DNA from: Candidatus Aldehydirespirator sp.
Lineage (GTDB): Bacteria > Actinomycetota > Acidimicrobiia > Acidimicrobiales > Aldehydirespiratoraceae
Reading direction: 5' to 3'
Assembly (NCBI GenBank): GCA_965204875.1
Contig: OZ242020.1
Span: 2,091,729-2,155,728 of the forward strand
Length of the DNA stretch: 64,000 nt
Made by a program: the position numbers and the translations under genes. How positions within the stretch are numbered: position 1 is the first letter of the stretch; the number at the start of each line of letters is the position of its first letter. Below the pieces are notes generated by a model, which did not search any database, had not been told where the DNA came from, and saw only the letters and a list, made by a program, of their open reading frames with translations. Positions 33,808 through 43,092 of this stretch are shown piece after piece.

Positions 33808-33981
33808 GCAGCCCCGGTGCCAGTGCCGCCGCAGGTCCGGGGCCTCTGCGGGAACCACCACGTAGTGGGCGCTGCGAGCCGGTATCTGTCGGTTGCAGCC
33901 GGGGCAGGTGTACTCCTTGGTGGACCGGTATGAAGGCACGAACCGCACTTCCAGCTCGCCCAGGCGCTCCGGCCGGTCCAT
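33778..33981 (-). CDS. Small zinc-ribbon-like protein, function unknown
   Basis: ATG 33981 gives MDRPERLGELEVRFVPSYRSTKEYTCPGCNRQIPARSAHYVVVPAEAPDLRRHWHRGCWTRRLRNPG (CPGC ... H.H..C). The longer track ORF to 34131 looks artefactual upstream. Confidence 0.6.
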   Translation of the reverse strand: MDRPERLGELEVRFVPSYRSTKEYTCPGCNRQIPARSAHYVVVPAEAPDLRRHWHRGCWTRRLRNPG

Positions 33982-33985
33982 TGCC

Positions 33986-34090
33986 TCAGCCCAGCAGCGC
34001 CCACAGCAGCAGCGCAGCAACCACCAGCAGGCCGGTTCCAACGTAAAGGAGGTCGCTGGGCCGCCGCCGGTGCGGCCGAGTGGGATCCAT
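33986..34090 (-). CDS. Possible 34-aa single-pass membrane peptide just upstream of the zinc-ribbon gene
   Basis: ATG 34090 gives MDPTRPHRRRPSDLLYVGTGLLVVAALLLWALLG. The stop is 4 nt before ATG 33981. Very short, with no family support. Confidence 0.3.
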   Translation of the reverse strand: MDPTRPHRRRPSDLLYVGTGLLVVAALLLWALLG

Positions 34091-34321
34091 GCCCATAAGG
34101 TCAGTATGCGCGCCCCGACACCCGCCCCCACCCCCGCCGCCTGCCACTAGCCTGACACCATGGAGCCCGAAAACGCACGCGACGACCACCAGGATCCGCC
34201 TCAGGACGGCCTCAAGATCAAGACCATCGCCGTCAACCAGGGCTTCATTCCCGAGTCTCTCGTTTTCTGGCGAAAGTGGCGTAAGTCCGCAGCCACCCAC
34301 TGAGACAGCTCATCCCTGACC

Positions 34322-34669
34322 GTGATGCGCTGGTTGGTTGTGGCGCCGATCTTGCTGGGTCTTGGGGTTGCGGCCTGCTCCTACGCGGGGGTGCCCGAGG
34401 TGCCCGCGGGCGCCGATGGCACGCGTGATGCGGTGCTGGTGGCGGGACGGGAGGTCTACATCGAGCGCTGCGCCAACTGCCACGGCGACGACGGGGGCGG
34501 CGGGCGCGGCTCGAGACTGTCGGGGGGCGCGAGCGTGCGCCGCTTCGCGAAGGTCTCCGCGCAGATGGCGGTGGTGGCGGAGGGTGTGCGGGCGATGCCG
34601 GCCTTCCGAGACGTCCTGAAGCCGGACGAGATCGAGGCCGTGACGCGCTTCACCCGCGAGGTGCTATGA
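34322..34669 (+). CDS. Class I c-type cytochrome (lipoprotein-like signal)
   Basis: 115-aa ORF. Heme-binding CANCHG (CxxCH), distal Met candidate (RAMPAF), N-terminal LLGLGVAACS. Confidence 0.8.
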   Translation: MMRWLVVAPILLGLGVAACSYAGVPEVPAGADGTRDAVLVAGREVYIERCANCHGDDGGGGRGSRLSGGASVRRFAKVSAQMAVVAEGVRAMPAFRDVLKPDEIEAVTRFTREVL

Positions 34670-34784
34670 AATAGATCCAGCAACCTCTATAGTGGTTGCC
34701 CACGGCTTGCCGCCGACCGTTGACCGGCGGCCTCCGATCCGCGATGTAGCGACGCGCTGATGCGCCGATCCCACGGAGGCCGCC

Positions 34785-36302
34785 ATGCTCGCAACCGTCC
34801 GTTCCGCCACCCTCGCCGGCGTCTGGGGCCACCCCGTCTCGGTCGAGGTGCATGTCGCGTCCGGCCTGCCCGGCTTCACCGTGGTCGGCCTGCCGGACGC
34901 CTCCTGCCGCGAGGCCCGTGACCGGGTGCGGGCCGCCATCACCTCCAGCGGTCTCACCTGGCCGATGAAGCGCATCACGGTGAACCTCGCTCCCGGCGAC
35001 GTTCCCAAGGCCGGCGCCGGGCTGGACCTGGCCGTCGCGGTCGGGGTGCTGATCGCTGACGGCCAGTTCGACGAGGCGCCGGTGTCGGTGACGGGGATCG
35101 GCATGCTCGGCGAGCTGGGCCTGGACGGGTCTGTGCGGCCCGTTCCAGGGGCACTGCCGCTGGTCGATGCCATCGACGAGCCGGCTGTGGTGGTGGCCGA
35201 GCGCGATGCCCACCTGGCCGCGCTGGTGGCGGCGGAGCGGGTCAGGCCGGTGCGCAGCCTGCGCGAGGTCTACGAGGCGCTGAAGGGCACGGCACCCTGG
35301 CCCGAGCGGTCGCCGGCAGAGCCGGCGGCGCGTCCCGAGCCCGAGCCCGATCTGCGCGATGTCGCCGGGCAGCCGCTGGCCCGCTGGGGTCTGGAGGTGG
35401 CGGCCGCGGGCGGTCATCACCTGTTACTGGTCGGGCCGCCCGGCGCGGGCAAGACGATGCTGGCGCGCCGCATCGTCAGCCTGCTCCCGGACCTGTCGCC
35501 CCCCGAGGCGCTGGAGGTCACACGCGTGCACTCGGCGGCCGGGCTGGTGCTGCCCCACGGCCTGATCACCCGCCCGCCGTTCCGGGCGCCGCACCACTCG
35601 GCCTCGATGGCGTCGCTGGTTGGCGGCGGGAGTGCTCGGGCCCGGCCGGGCGAGGTGAGCGCGGCCACCGGCGGTGTGCTGTTCTTGGACGAGTTGGGGG
35701 AGTTCGCGCCCTCGGTGCTCGATGCCCTGCGCCAGCCGCTGGAGGAGGGTGTGATCCGCGTGGCCCGATCCCAGGGCATGGTGGAGCACCCGGCCAGGTT
35801 CCTGCTCGTGGCGGCCATGAACCCCTGCCCCTGCGGCGTGGGCGGACGTGTCGGCTGCCGCTGCGCGCCGGGTGCGCTGGCCCGCTACCAGAGGCGCCTG
35901 TCGGGCCCGTTCGTGGACCGGCTCGACCTGGCGATCTGGGTCGACCGGCCGGATCCCGCCGAGCTTCTCGACGCGGCGCCCGCCGCTCCCAGCGTGGATG
36001 CGGCCCAGCGTGTGGCGCGAGTGCGCCGCCTGGCCAGGGAGAGGGGTGTGAACTGCAACAGCGAGCTGGACGGCGAGACCCTGGAGCACTACGCCCCGTT
36101 GCAGCGGGATGCCACCGAGGTGCTGCGCACGGCGCTGTCGGAGGGCCGGCTGAGCGCCAGGGGGCTGCGGCGTGTGCGCACCGTGGCCCGCACGATCCGC
36201 GACCTCGACGACGCCGGTGAGGAGTTGCGGGTCGTCGATGTGCGGGCCGCCCTGTCGCTGCGGGCGCGCACCGACATAACCGCAGGCCACGGCCGTGTCT
36301 GA
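34785..36302 (+). CDS. YifB/ComM-family Mg-chelatase-like ATPase
   Basis: 505-aa ORF. Lon-like N-domain (ITVNLAPGDVPKAG), Walker A GPPGAGKTMLARR, VLFLDELGEF, and a C-terminal Cys cluster (PCPCG...CRC). Confidence 0.9.
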   Translation: MLATVRSATLAGVWGHPVSVEVHVASGLPGFTVVGLPDASCREARDRVRAAITSSGLTWPMKRITVNLAPGDVPKAGAGLDLAVAVGVLIADGQFDEAPVSVTGIGMLGELGLDGSVRPVPGALPLVDAIDEPAVVVAERDAHLAALVAAERVRPVRSLREVYEALKGTAPWPERSPAEPAARPEPEPDLRDVAGQPLARWGLEVAAAGGHHLLLVGPPGAGKTMLARRIVSLLPDLSPPEALEVTRVHSAAGLVLPHGLITRPPFRAPHHSASMASLVGGGSARARPGEVSAATGGVLFLDELGEFAPSVLDALRQPLEEGVIRVARSQGMVEHPARFLLVAAMNPCPCGVGGRVGCRCAPGALARYQRRLSGPFVDRLDLAIWVDRPDPAELLDAAPAAPSVDAAQRVARVRRLARERGVNCNSELDGETLEHYAPLQRDATEVLRTALSEGRLSARGLRRVRTVARTIRDLDDAGEELRVVDVRAALSLRARTDITAGHGRV

Positions 36303-37563
36303 CGCGGGTCGCGTCGACGACATCAAGACGCCTGCCACCACGGACGAGCAAGTCGTCGCCACAGCCGTGGCTGACGCGGGCCGCGCCGGCACCGGCATTG
36401 CCTCGGTACCTGGAGCGCTCGCGGATCATCCTGCGGCTGAAGCGGGCCGGGGCGTGCATGCGGCCGCGATCGCCTCGCTGCCCCAGGCCGGGTCGCGGCG
36501 CCTGCTGCGGCTGCTGGACGGCGCCGACCCCGAAGACGCCTGGCAGCGGGTCTGCCGCGGGTCGGTGCCGGATTCCGTGGCCGACGCGAAGCTGCGAGCA
36601 ACCTGGCGGGCCCACGCCGCCGGGGTGGATCTGGCAGCGGTGGCCGGGCAGCTCGACACCCTCGACGCCTGGGTCACGACCGTGGCAGACCCCGCCTACC
36701 CGCGGCGCCTGGCCCACGACTTCGATCCCGCGCCCGTGCTGTTCCGTCGCGGTCGCATCCTGGGACACGACACGCCGTCGGTGGCGATCGTCGGGACGCG
36801 GCGCTGCACCCCGACCGGTCGCTCGGTGGCCGTTGAGTTGGGGGCGGGTCTGGCATCCGCCGGCGTCATGGTGGTGTCGGGACTGGCTCTGGGCATCGAC
36901 GGCGCCGCCCACAGGGGTGCCCTGTCTGCGGGGGGAGCGGTGGCCGCGGTGGTGGGCAGCGGCATCGATGTGGTGTACCCGCGGGGCAACAGCGACCTGT
37001 GGCAGGCGGTGGCAGAGGCCGGGACGCTGCTGAGCGAGGCGCCGCTGGGAGCGGAGCCGCAGGGTTGGAGGTTCCCGGCCCGCAACCGCCTGCTGGCCGC
37101 GCTCGCCGACGTTGTGGTGGTCGTGGAGTCCAAGCGGGCCGGCGGCTCGATGCACACCGTCGAGGAGGCACTGAAGCGGGACGTGACCGTGATGGCGGTG
37201 CCGGGATCGGTGCGGAACCCGGCCGCCGCCGGCACCAACTTCCTGCTCAGCGAGGGGTGCGCCCCGGCCTGCTCCACCGAGGACGTGCTCGTGGCTCTCG
37301 GCCTCGCCACCGAGGGACTCGCCGCGGCCCGCGCCGGCGGTGACACGCCGCACGGCAGCCTCGCCGGCGAGGAGCGCCACACCGCCGCTTCGGTCGATCC
37401 GCTCCAGCGGCGGGTGCTCGACGCCCTGGACGACGCCCCGATGAGCATCGACCTGCTGGTGATGCGTGCCGGCTTGCCGGCCGTGCAGGTGCTGGCGGCA
37501 GCCGAGCAGCTGGAGGGCCAGGGCCTGCTGGTGCGCGAGGAGGGCCGCGTCATGCGTGCCTGA
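36295..37563 (+). CDS. dprA: DNA-processing protein DprA
   Basis: 422-aa ORF. Rossmann-like core VAIVGTRRCT...VVSGLALGIDGAAHRGAL...FPARNRLLAALAD. C-terminal wHTH-like tail. Overlaps the preceding gene by 8 nt. Confidence 0.9.
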   Translation: MSDAGRVDDIKTPATTDEQVVATAVADAGRAGTGIASVPGALADHPAAEAGRGVHAAAIASLPQAGSRRLLRLLDGADPEDAWQRVCRGSVPDSVADAKLRATWRAHAAGVDLAAVAGQLDTLDAWVTTVADPAYPRRLAHDFDPAPVLFRRGRILGHDTPSVAIVGTRRCTPTGRSVAVELGAGLASAGVMVVSGLALGIDGAAHRGALSAGGAVAAVVGSGIDVVYPRGNSDLWQAVAEAGTLLSEAPLGAEPQGWRFPARNRLLAALADVVVVVESKRAGGSMHTVEEALKRDVTVMAVPGSVRNPAAAGTNFLLSEGCAPACSTEDVLVALGLATEGLAAARAGGDTPHGSLAGEERHTAASVDPLQRRVLDALDDAPMSIDLLVMRAGLPAVQVLAAAEQLEGQGLLVREEGRVMRA

Positions 37564-37608
37564 GGGCCCACCCCGCGTCCGCGAGCCAACCCCGCCAAGC
37601 GCTCACTC

Positions 37609-37709
37609 CCTGCCGCGAGGCAACCTTGCGGCAGGCTTTGTTTGCTCCAGTTCGGCTTGGCGCTCTCCCATGCCCCGCGCCCTGCCGCGAGGCAACCTTG
37701 CGGCAGGCT
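37609..37709. repeat. Two copies (72-bp period) of a 29-bp hairpin element
   Basis: CCTGCCGCGAGGCAACCTTGCGGCAGGCT occurs at 37609-37637 and 37681-37709. The arms CCTGCCGCGAGG / CCTTGCGGCAGG are complementary apart from one G-T position. Located between convergent dprA and xerC. Confidence 0.85.
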
Positions 37710-37806
37710 CCGGCGGGCGAGGACTCCTGCGCATGTCCATCTTGATCCGCACTCCGGCACCTTGAGCTCTTGCGGCAGACCCCGGCGGGGCGATTGCCCT
37801 GGCCTA

Positions 37807-37890
37807 GCGGATCACAGGGCCGGAGGCGCGCGCTCTTCACGGCGGCGCGCCCGTACGCAGGCGACCTGGCCCTGCGGATCACAGGGCCGG
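37807..37890. repeat. Two copies (67-bp period) of GCGGATCACAGGGCCGG with a hairpin context
   Basis: Copies at 37807-37823 and 37874-37890. The second sits in GGCCCTG-CGGATCA-CAGGGCC, a perfect 7-bp stem. Confidence 0.8.
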
Positions 37891-37916
37891 GCCGAGGCCT
37901 GCGGTGCGGCGGTTGT

Positions 37917-38795
37917 TCAGGCTCTCGGGTGGGTGCTGCGGTGAACCTCGCGCAGGCGCTCCCGACTGACGTGGGTGTAGATCTGGGTGGTGGCGATGTC
38001 GGCGTGGCCCAGGAGTTCCTGCACGGCTCGCAGGTCGGCGCCGCCGTCGAGCAAGTGAGTGGCGAAGGTGTGGCGCAGGGCGTGGGGATGGGTCGGCGCC
38101 AGGCTGCGCCGGTCGAGGACGCGGCGCACATCGCGCGGCGTGATGGCCCGGCCCCTCTGGTTGAGGAACACAATGTCGGACGGTGTCTGGGCAGTGACGA
38201 ACTCGCTGCGGTGCTCGTCCAGCCAGCGGCGCACGGCCGCCACCGCAGGGTCGCTGAGCGGCACCTGGCGCTGCTTGGCCCCCTTTCCCCACACCCGAAC
38301 GGTCGCTTGGGACAGATCCACATCCGTCATGGTTATCGAGCACAGCTCGCTCACCCGCAGGCCGCTGCCGTAGAGCAACTCCACGATGGCTGCGTCGCGT
38401 GCATCGCGGGAGCTTTCAGCGCCGGCGCGTGACGGCTTGTCGATCAGCGTCTGGAGCTGATCGTCGGTGAGAACCTGCGGAAGCCTGGTCGCGCCCGAAG
38501 GCGCGACCAGCGCGAGGGTGGGATCCGAGGCGATCCGGCCCGAGCGGTGCGCCCAACCGAAATAGCGTCGCAACACGGACGCCTTGCGCCCGACGGTGCG
38601 CGGTGCGTAGCCGCGCCGGGTGAGATCGGCCAGGTAGCGACGCAGGATGCGCCTGTCGACCGACGCCGGATCGACCAGGCCCGCCTCTTCGAGCCACGCC
38701 ACCGCGGCGGCGGAGTCACGGGCATAGACCGCCCGCGTGGAGTCGGCCACACGCCCCAGCGAACCGACCCAGGCCTCAAGCTCCCACCGATCCAC
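37917..38795 (-). CDS. xerC: Tyrosine recombinase XerC/XerD family
   Basis: 292-aa ORF. ARDAAIVELLYGSGLRVSEL, VWGKGAKQRQVPL, HALRHTFATHLL, LLGHADIATTQIYTHV (R-K-H-R-H-Y catalytic contexts). Confidence 0.9.
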   Translation of the reverse strand: MDRWELEAWVGSLGRVADSTRAVYARDSAAAVAWLEEAGLVDPASVDRRILRRYLADLTRRGYAPRTVGRKASVLRRYFGWAHRSGRIASDPTLALVAPSGATRLPQVLTDDQLQTLIDKPSRAGAESSRDARDAAIVELLYGSGLRVSELCSITMTDVDLSQATVRVWGKGAKQRQVPLSDPAVAAVRRWLDEHRSEFVTAQTPSDIVFLNQRGRAITPRDVRRVLDRRSLAPTHPHALRHTFATHLLDGGADLRAVQELLGHADIATTQIYTHVSRERLREVHRSTHPRA

Positions 38796-38830
38796 AACTG
38801 CGATCCTACGACTTTAGGCAGTGTCGGTGA

Positions 38831-39310
38831 TCAGGGGTCTTGGGTGCGGTTGATCGCCTCGATGATCCGGTCGGTGTTGGCGCGGTCCTCGTAGATCAAC
38901 CGGATCAGCCAGTGGCGCAGGTAGCGGGTGAGGCTATTGCGGAGCCACACGATGCCGCCTGTGAGCGCCATCGCCAGGCCCAGCGCCACGAAGATGATCC
39001 CGTTGCCGGAGGCGACTATCTCGGACAGCAGGTTGGTGGCATCGGAGGCTGCGATGTCGCCGCGCCGCCACAGCGTCGCAGACACCGCGATCACGACGCC
39101 GAGCACCAGCATCGCCAGACCCAGCCGTGCCCAGGTGCGCTCCGGGTTGGCTCCGCCGCCGGTCGTGCCCAGCTGCTCGACGGCTGACTCGAACTCGCGC
39201 AGCCGGGGCGCCAGTTGCTCTCCGGCGCTGTGCTCTCCGGCCGGTTGCTCTCCGGCGCTGCTGCCGGAGTTGCCGGGCGGCCCGCCCGCCGCCTTCTTCA
39301 ACTTCCTCAT
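38831..39310 (-). CDS. Membrane protein (two TM helices), function unknown
   Basis: ATG 39310 gives MRKLKKAAGGPPGNSGSSAGEQPAGEHSAGEQ... followed by LGLAMLVLGVVIAVSATLW and IIFVALGLAMALTGGIVWL. The 408-aa track ORF 38831-40057 is a chimera running antisense over livF. Confidence 0.55.
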   Translation of the reverse strand: MRKLKKAAGGPPGNSGSSAGEQPAGEHSAGEQLAPRLREFESAVEQLGTTGGGANPERTWARLGLAMLVLGVVIAVSATLWRRGDIAASDATNLLSEIVASGNGIIFVALGLAMALTGGIVWLRNSLTRYLRHWLIRLIYEDRANTDRIIEAINRTQDP

Positions 39311-39357
39311 GTGTGGATCTCCTTCGGGGGTCCGTGGTGAGCCGGTAGAGATTCTCG

Positions 39358-40077
39358 TCACTGCCGAGCCGGGTGCCCGTCGCTGCCGAGATAGGTGGAG
39401 GTGAGCGCCTCGGCGATCACTGCCGGGTCGCCGATCTGGCGTATGCGGCCGCCCAGCATGACCGCGGCGCGGTCGGCCACCCCCAGCACGGACTGGGCGA
39501 ACTGCTCCACGATGAGAATGGACAGGCCGGCCGCGGCCATCTCGCCCACCGTGCGGTACAGGTCGGCGACGATCAGCGGCGCCAGACCCATGGACATCTC
39601 GTCGATCAGCACCAGGGCGGGGTCGGTGGCCAGGGCCCGCGACATGGCCAGCATCTGCTGCTCGCCGCCCGACAGCGTGCCCGCCGTCTGGTTGATCCGC
39701 TCCGCCAGCCTGGGGAAGTGAGCGAAGGCGCGCTCCTCCACGTCGCTCAAGGCGGTGCCGGAGTAGGTGGCCATCTGCAGGTTCTCTCGCACCGTCAGGT
39801 TGGGGAAGACCCCCCGGCCCTCCGGAATCAGGCACACGCCCGCCCGGGCCAGCGCGTGCGGCGCAGCGCCGGTGACCTCGGTGCCCATGAGCTTGACAGA
39901 CCCTGCGGTGGGGTTGATCTGGCCGACGCAGACTCCGAGCGTGGTGGTCTTGCCCGCGCCGTTGGGTCCGAGCAGGGCCAGAACCTCGCCCGGCCCCACG
40001 GTGAGGTCCACACCGTGCAGCACCTCGATCAGGCCGTAGCCGGCCCGCACGCCGCACAACTCCAGGACGCCGCTCAC
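39358..40077 (-). CDS. livF: Branched-chain amino acid-type ABC transporter ATP-binding protein (LivF-like)
   Basis: 239-aa ORF. GPNGAGKTTTL, LSGGEQQMLAMSRAL, LVLIDEMSMGLAP. The GTG start overlaps the livG stop (GTGA). Confidence 0.9.
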   Translation of the reverse strand: MSGVLELCGVRAGYGLIEVLHGVDLTVGPGEVLALLGPNGAGKTTTLGVCVGQINPTAGSVKLMGTEVTGAAPHALARAGVCLIPEGRGVFPNLTVRENLQMATYSGTALSDVEERAFAHFPRLAERINQTAGTLSGGEQQMLAMSRALATDPALVLIDEMSMGLAPLIVADLYRTVGEMAAAGLSILIVEQFAQSVLGVADRAAVMLGGRIRQIGDPAVIAEALTSTYLGSDGHPARQ

Positions 40078-40898
40078 GTCTCGGCTGCCCCTGTCGTGCT
40101 AGTTGCCGATGTCGCCTCTGCGCCCAGGTAGGCGGCCTGCACCGACGGGTCGGCCCTCACTTGTGGGGGCGGGCCCTCGGCGATGATCTGCCCGAAGTCG
40201 AGCACGAAGATTCGCTCGCACACGTCCATCACCAGCGACATGTCGTGCTCCACCAGCAGCACGGCCAGCCCCTCCGAGCCAAGCGAGCGGACAAGGCTCG
40301 CCAAGTCCGCGGTCTCGGCCTCGTCAAGGCCCGAGGACGGCTCGTCCAGCAGCAGCACGCGCGGGTTCGTGGCCAGGGCGCGCGCCAGCTCCACCAGCCG
40401 GGCCGTGCCGGTGGGCAGGCCCGCCACCGCCTCATGTGCGACGGCCGAGACGCCCACTCGCTCCAGCAGCGAGAGGGCCTCCCGCGAGGGGCGCCCGCCG
40501 GAGGCGTCCCAGCGCCTGCGCATCTCCACGGCCACCCTCACGTTGTCCAGCGCGCTCAGATGGCCGAACACCTCCAGCTTCTGGAAGGTGCGCGCCATGC
40601 CCAGCCGGGCACGCCGGTGGACGCTCAGCGCGGTGACGTCGCGGCCCTCGAAACAGACCGCTCCGGCATCGGGCCGCCGAAGCCCGCAGATCACGTCGAA
40701 CAGCGTGGTCTTGCCCGCTCCGTTGGGACCGATCAGGCCGACCACCTCGCTCGGCGCGATGTCCACACGGGCCTCCGACAGCGCGGCCAGCCCGCCGAAG
40801 CGCACGGTCACGCCGCGCGCCTCAAGCCGCGCCGTCGCCCCGTGACGCCCGCCCGCGTGTGTCCGGCCGGCGAGCGCTTGTCGCAGCCGGGTTATCAC
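40074..40898 (-). CDS. livG: Branched-chain amino acid-type ABC transporter ATP-binding protein (LivG-like)
   Basis: In-frame GTG 40898 overlaps the permease stop. GPNGAGKTTLFDVI, LLLDEPSSGLD. Only the last 275 codons of track ORF 40074-42599 are real. Confidence 0.85.
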   Translation of the reverse strand: MITRLRQALAGRTHAGGRHGATARLEARGVTVRFGGLAALSEARVDIAPSEVVGLIGPNGAGKTTLFDVICGLRRPDAGAVCFEGRDVTALSVHRRARLGMARTFQKLEVFGHLSALDNVRVAVEMRRRWDASGGRPSREALSLLERVGVSAVAHEAVAGLPTGTARLVELARALATNPRVLLLDEPSSGLDEAETADLASLVRSLGSEGLAVLLVEHDMSLVMDVCERIFVLDFGQIIAEGPPPQVRADPSVQAAYLGAEATSATSTTGAAET

Positions 40899-43048
40899 CG
40901 TGCCTCCGGTGCCAGCTGGTCGGCCACGGCCAGGGCGCGCTCGGTGGCGGCGACGTCGGCGGCGGTGAAGGGCCGTCTCAGCCCCAGCTCGGCCACTTCT
41001 GGCTCGCGGGCCGCGGCCACCTCGGCCGCGTGCTCGGCGCGGGCGTCGGAGCGCCACGGCAGGAACCGGGCGAACCCCCTGCCTATCTCGGCCGCCGCGC
41101 CGGTCGGGCGCAGCACCATCATCACCGCCATGAGGCCCGGGCCGAGCACCTCGAGCGCGGTCAGCCAGCTCAGATCCCAGCGATCCTTGACCACGATGAA
41201 CAGCACCGTGTTGATGCCCCCGAAGAGCGCGGCGGACGGCAGCGACACTCCGCCCACCACCAGCAGCAGCACGATGGGCAGGCCCACCAGCAGCTCGAAC
41301 TGCAACACGTTGAGCGTGCCCAGCTGGACTCCCAGCAACGCCCCGCCGAAACCGGCCATGGCCGCCGAGAGCATGAACACCGAGACCTTCACCCCGATCA
41401 CGTTGATCCCCAGCGTGGCCGCGGCCGCCTCGCTGTCCTGGATCGCCACCCAGCGCCGGCCCCACATGCTGCGCCGCAGCGCCACCAGGCCCGTCACCAT
41501 CACCCCGAACACGGCGGTCAGCAGGAGCAGGTAGCCGCGGCCGGTGCCCTCGAACTGCCGGCCGAGCACGCTCAGCGGCGAGAACTGCCGGCCGCCGCGG
41601 TTGGGGTCGATGAGCGAGGTGTTGGTGAACACCAGCAGCTCGAAGGCGCGCGCGAACGCCATGGACGCGAGTGCCAGGTACAGGCCCTGCAGCCGCACCG
41701 CAGGCAATGCCATGGCCGCGCCCACGGGCGCGGTGAGCAGCGCCGCCAGCGCCAGCCCCCAGGCCGACCCGCTCGCGCCGGCGATCTTCATGAATACCAC
41801 GGCGCCCACGCCGGCGAACGCGATCGGCGCGAACGACACCTGTCCGGCCCAGCCGGTGAGCGGAACCAGCGAGAGCATGATGATGGCGGTGACCATGATC
41901 GTCACGCCCCGGTTGACGCCCACCGAGGACCAGGCGTCGGTGAACGGCAGCGTGCCGCCCGTCCAGGCCAGCACCAGCACGAACACGACCAGCACGCCCA
42001 GGCTCGAGTCCTTCACAGTGGTCAGCCTGAGGCTGCGCCGGGCCAGGCCCGCGGGCACGCCGCTGGCGGAGAGCTGGGCTTGCGGCAGCAGGATCACCAC
42101 CACGAACAGCAGGATCGTGGGCAGCGCCTCGGCCATGTTGGCCAAGCCGTCCTCGAATGACAGGAAGCGGCTGATGAACTGCTGGCCCAGGCCGAGCATG
42201 AGCGCGCCCGCGAAGGTCCAGGGCAGGCTGCGCAGCCGTCCCACGGCCGCGGCGGCGAAGGCGTCGATCACCACGAGGGTCAGGATCTCCACCACCATCT
42301 GGCTCTCGGGCGCTATCAGGATCCCCGCCACGGCTGCCAGCGACGAGCCGAGCCCCCAGGCCGTGGCCGAGACGACGTTGTGGTTGGCGCCGTTGAGGGC
42401 GGCCAGCGGGCGGCTGTCGACCACGGCCCGCATCGCCACTCCCAGGCGGGCCCTGAACAGCAGCAGTCGCAGGAACACGGCGATGGCCGCGGCCACGCAG
42501 ATCGTGATGAGGCGGTGCCATGTGATGGTGATGCCCAGCACCTCGAAGCCGGTGTGCCCGAAGAAGGGCAGCACGGTGCGACCCCGGTCGCCCTTCCATT
42601 GCGTGGCGGCCAGGCCCATGAAGGTGACCATCAGTCCCACGGTCACCATGAGCTGCAGCACGAGCGGGACGTCCTGGAGGCGGCGCAGGATGGTGCGGTC
42701 GAGCACGACCCCGCCCAGGGGCGCCAGCACCAGCACCACCAGGATCAGCGCCAGCGGCGCCGGCCAGCCCCGGTTGACCCGCAGCTCCCAGTACAGGAAG
42801 GCCCAGTACATGCCGATCGCGCCCTGCGCGAAGTTGAAGACCCCGGTGGTGGTGTATACGACCACCAGGCCGCTCGCGGACACGGCGTAGATGGCGCCCA
42901 GGCTCAGGCCCACCACCACCATCCCGCCGACGTTGCCCGCCGTCACCGGCGTGCCCGCCCAGGCCGCGACCGAGATCGACACGACCGCCACCGCCAGCGC
43001 GCCGAGCACTACCAGCTGCCGGGGCCGGACCGCCGCTCGTGTGATCAT
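40895..43048 (-). CDS. Fused LivH/LivM-type ABC transporter permease
   Basis: 717-aa, highly hydrophobic ORF. Its length equals two LIV permease domains in tandem. It lies in an operon with an SBP upstream and livG/livF downstream. Confidence 0.8.
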   Translation of the reverse strand: MITRAAVRPRQLVVLGALAVAVVSISVAAWAGTPVTAGNVGGMVVVGLSLGAIYAVSASGLVVVYTTTGVFNFAQGAIGMYWAFLYWELRVNRGWPAPLALILVVLVLAPLGGVVLDRTILRRLQDVPLVLQLMVTVGLMVTFMGLAATQWKGDRGRTVLPFFGHTGFEVLGITITWHRLITICVAAAIAVFLRLLLFRARLGVAMRAVVDSRPLAALNGANHNVVSATAWGLGSSLAAVAGILIAPESQMVVEILTLVVIDAFAAAAVGRLRSLPWTFAGALMLGLGQQFISRFLSFEDGLANMAEALPTILLFVVVILLPQAQLSASGVPAGLARRSLRLTTVKDSSLGVLVVFVLVLAWTGGTLPFTDAWSSVGVNRGVTIMVTAIIMLSLVPLTGWAGQVSFAPIAFAGVGAVVFMKIAGASGSAWGLALAALLTAPVGAAMALPAVRLQGLYLALASMAFARAFELLVFTNTSLIDPNRGGRQFSPLSVLGRQFEGTGRGYLLLLTAVFGVMVTGLVALRRSMWGRRWVAIQDSEAAAATLGINVIGVKVSVFMLSAAMAGFGGALLGVQLGTLNVLQFELLVGLPIVLLLVVGGVSLPSAALFGGINTVLFIVVKDRWDLSWLTALEVLGPGLMAVMMVLRPTGAAAEIGRGFARFLPWRSDARAEHAAEVAAAREPEVAELGLRRPFTAADVAATERALAVADQLAPEAR

Positions 43049-43092
43049 CGACCTGTGATCAAATCGCTCGTGTGATCATCGCCGTGTGATCA
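43034..43092. repeat. Duplicated permease start region (31-bp period) containing four TGTGATCA motifs
   Basis: CGCTCGTGTGATCATCG occurs at 43034-43050 (includes start codon CAT 43046-43048) and 43065-43081. TGTGATCA is also at about 43054 and 43085. TGATCA is palindromic. Confidence 0.85.

Noticed and set aside
40074-42599. 841-aa track ORF, and the 408-aa ORF 38831-40057, taken at face value
   Set aside because: Only the C-terminal 275 codons (LivG-like) and 159 codons (membrane protein), respectively, are credible. The upstream parts run out of frame over the permease and livF genes and are Arg/Gly-rich artefacts.
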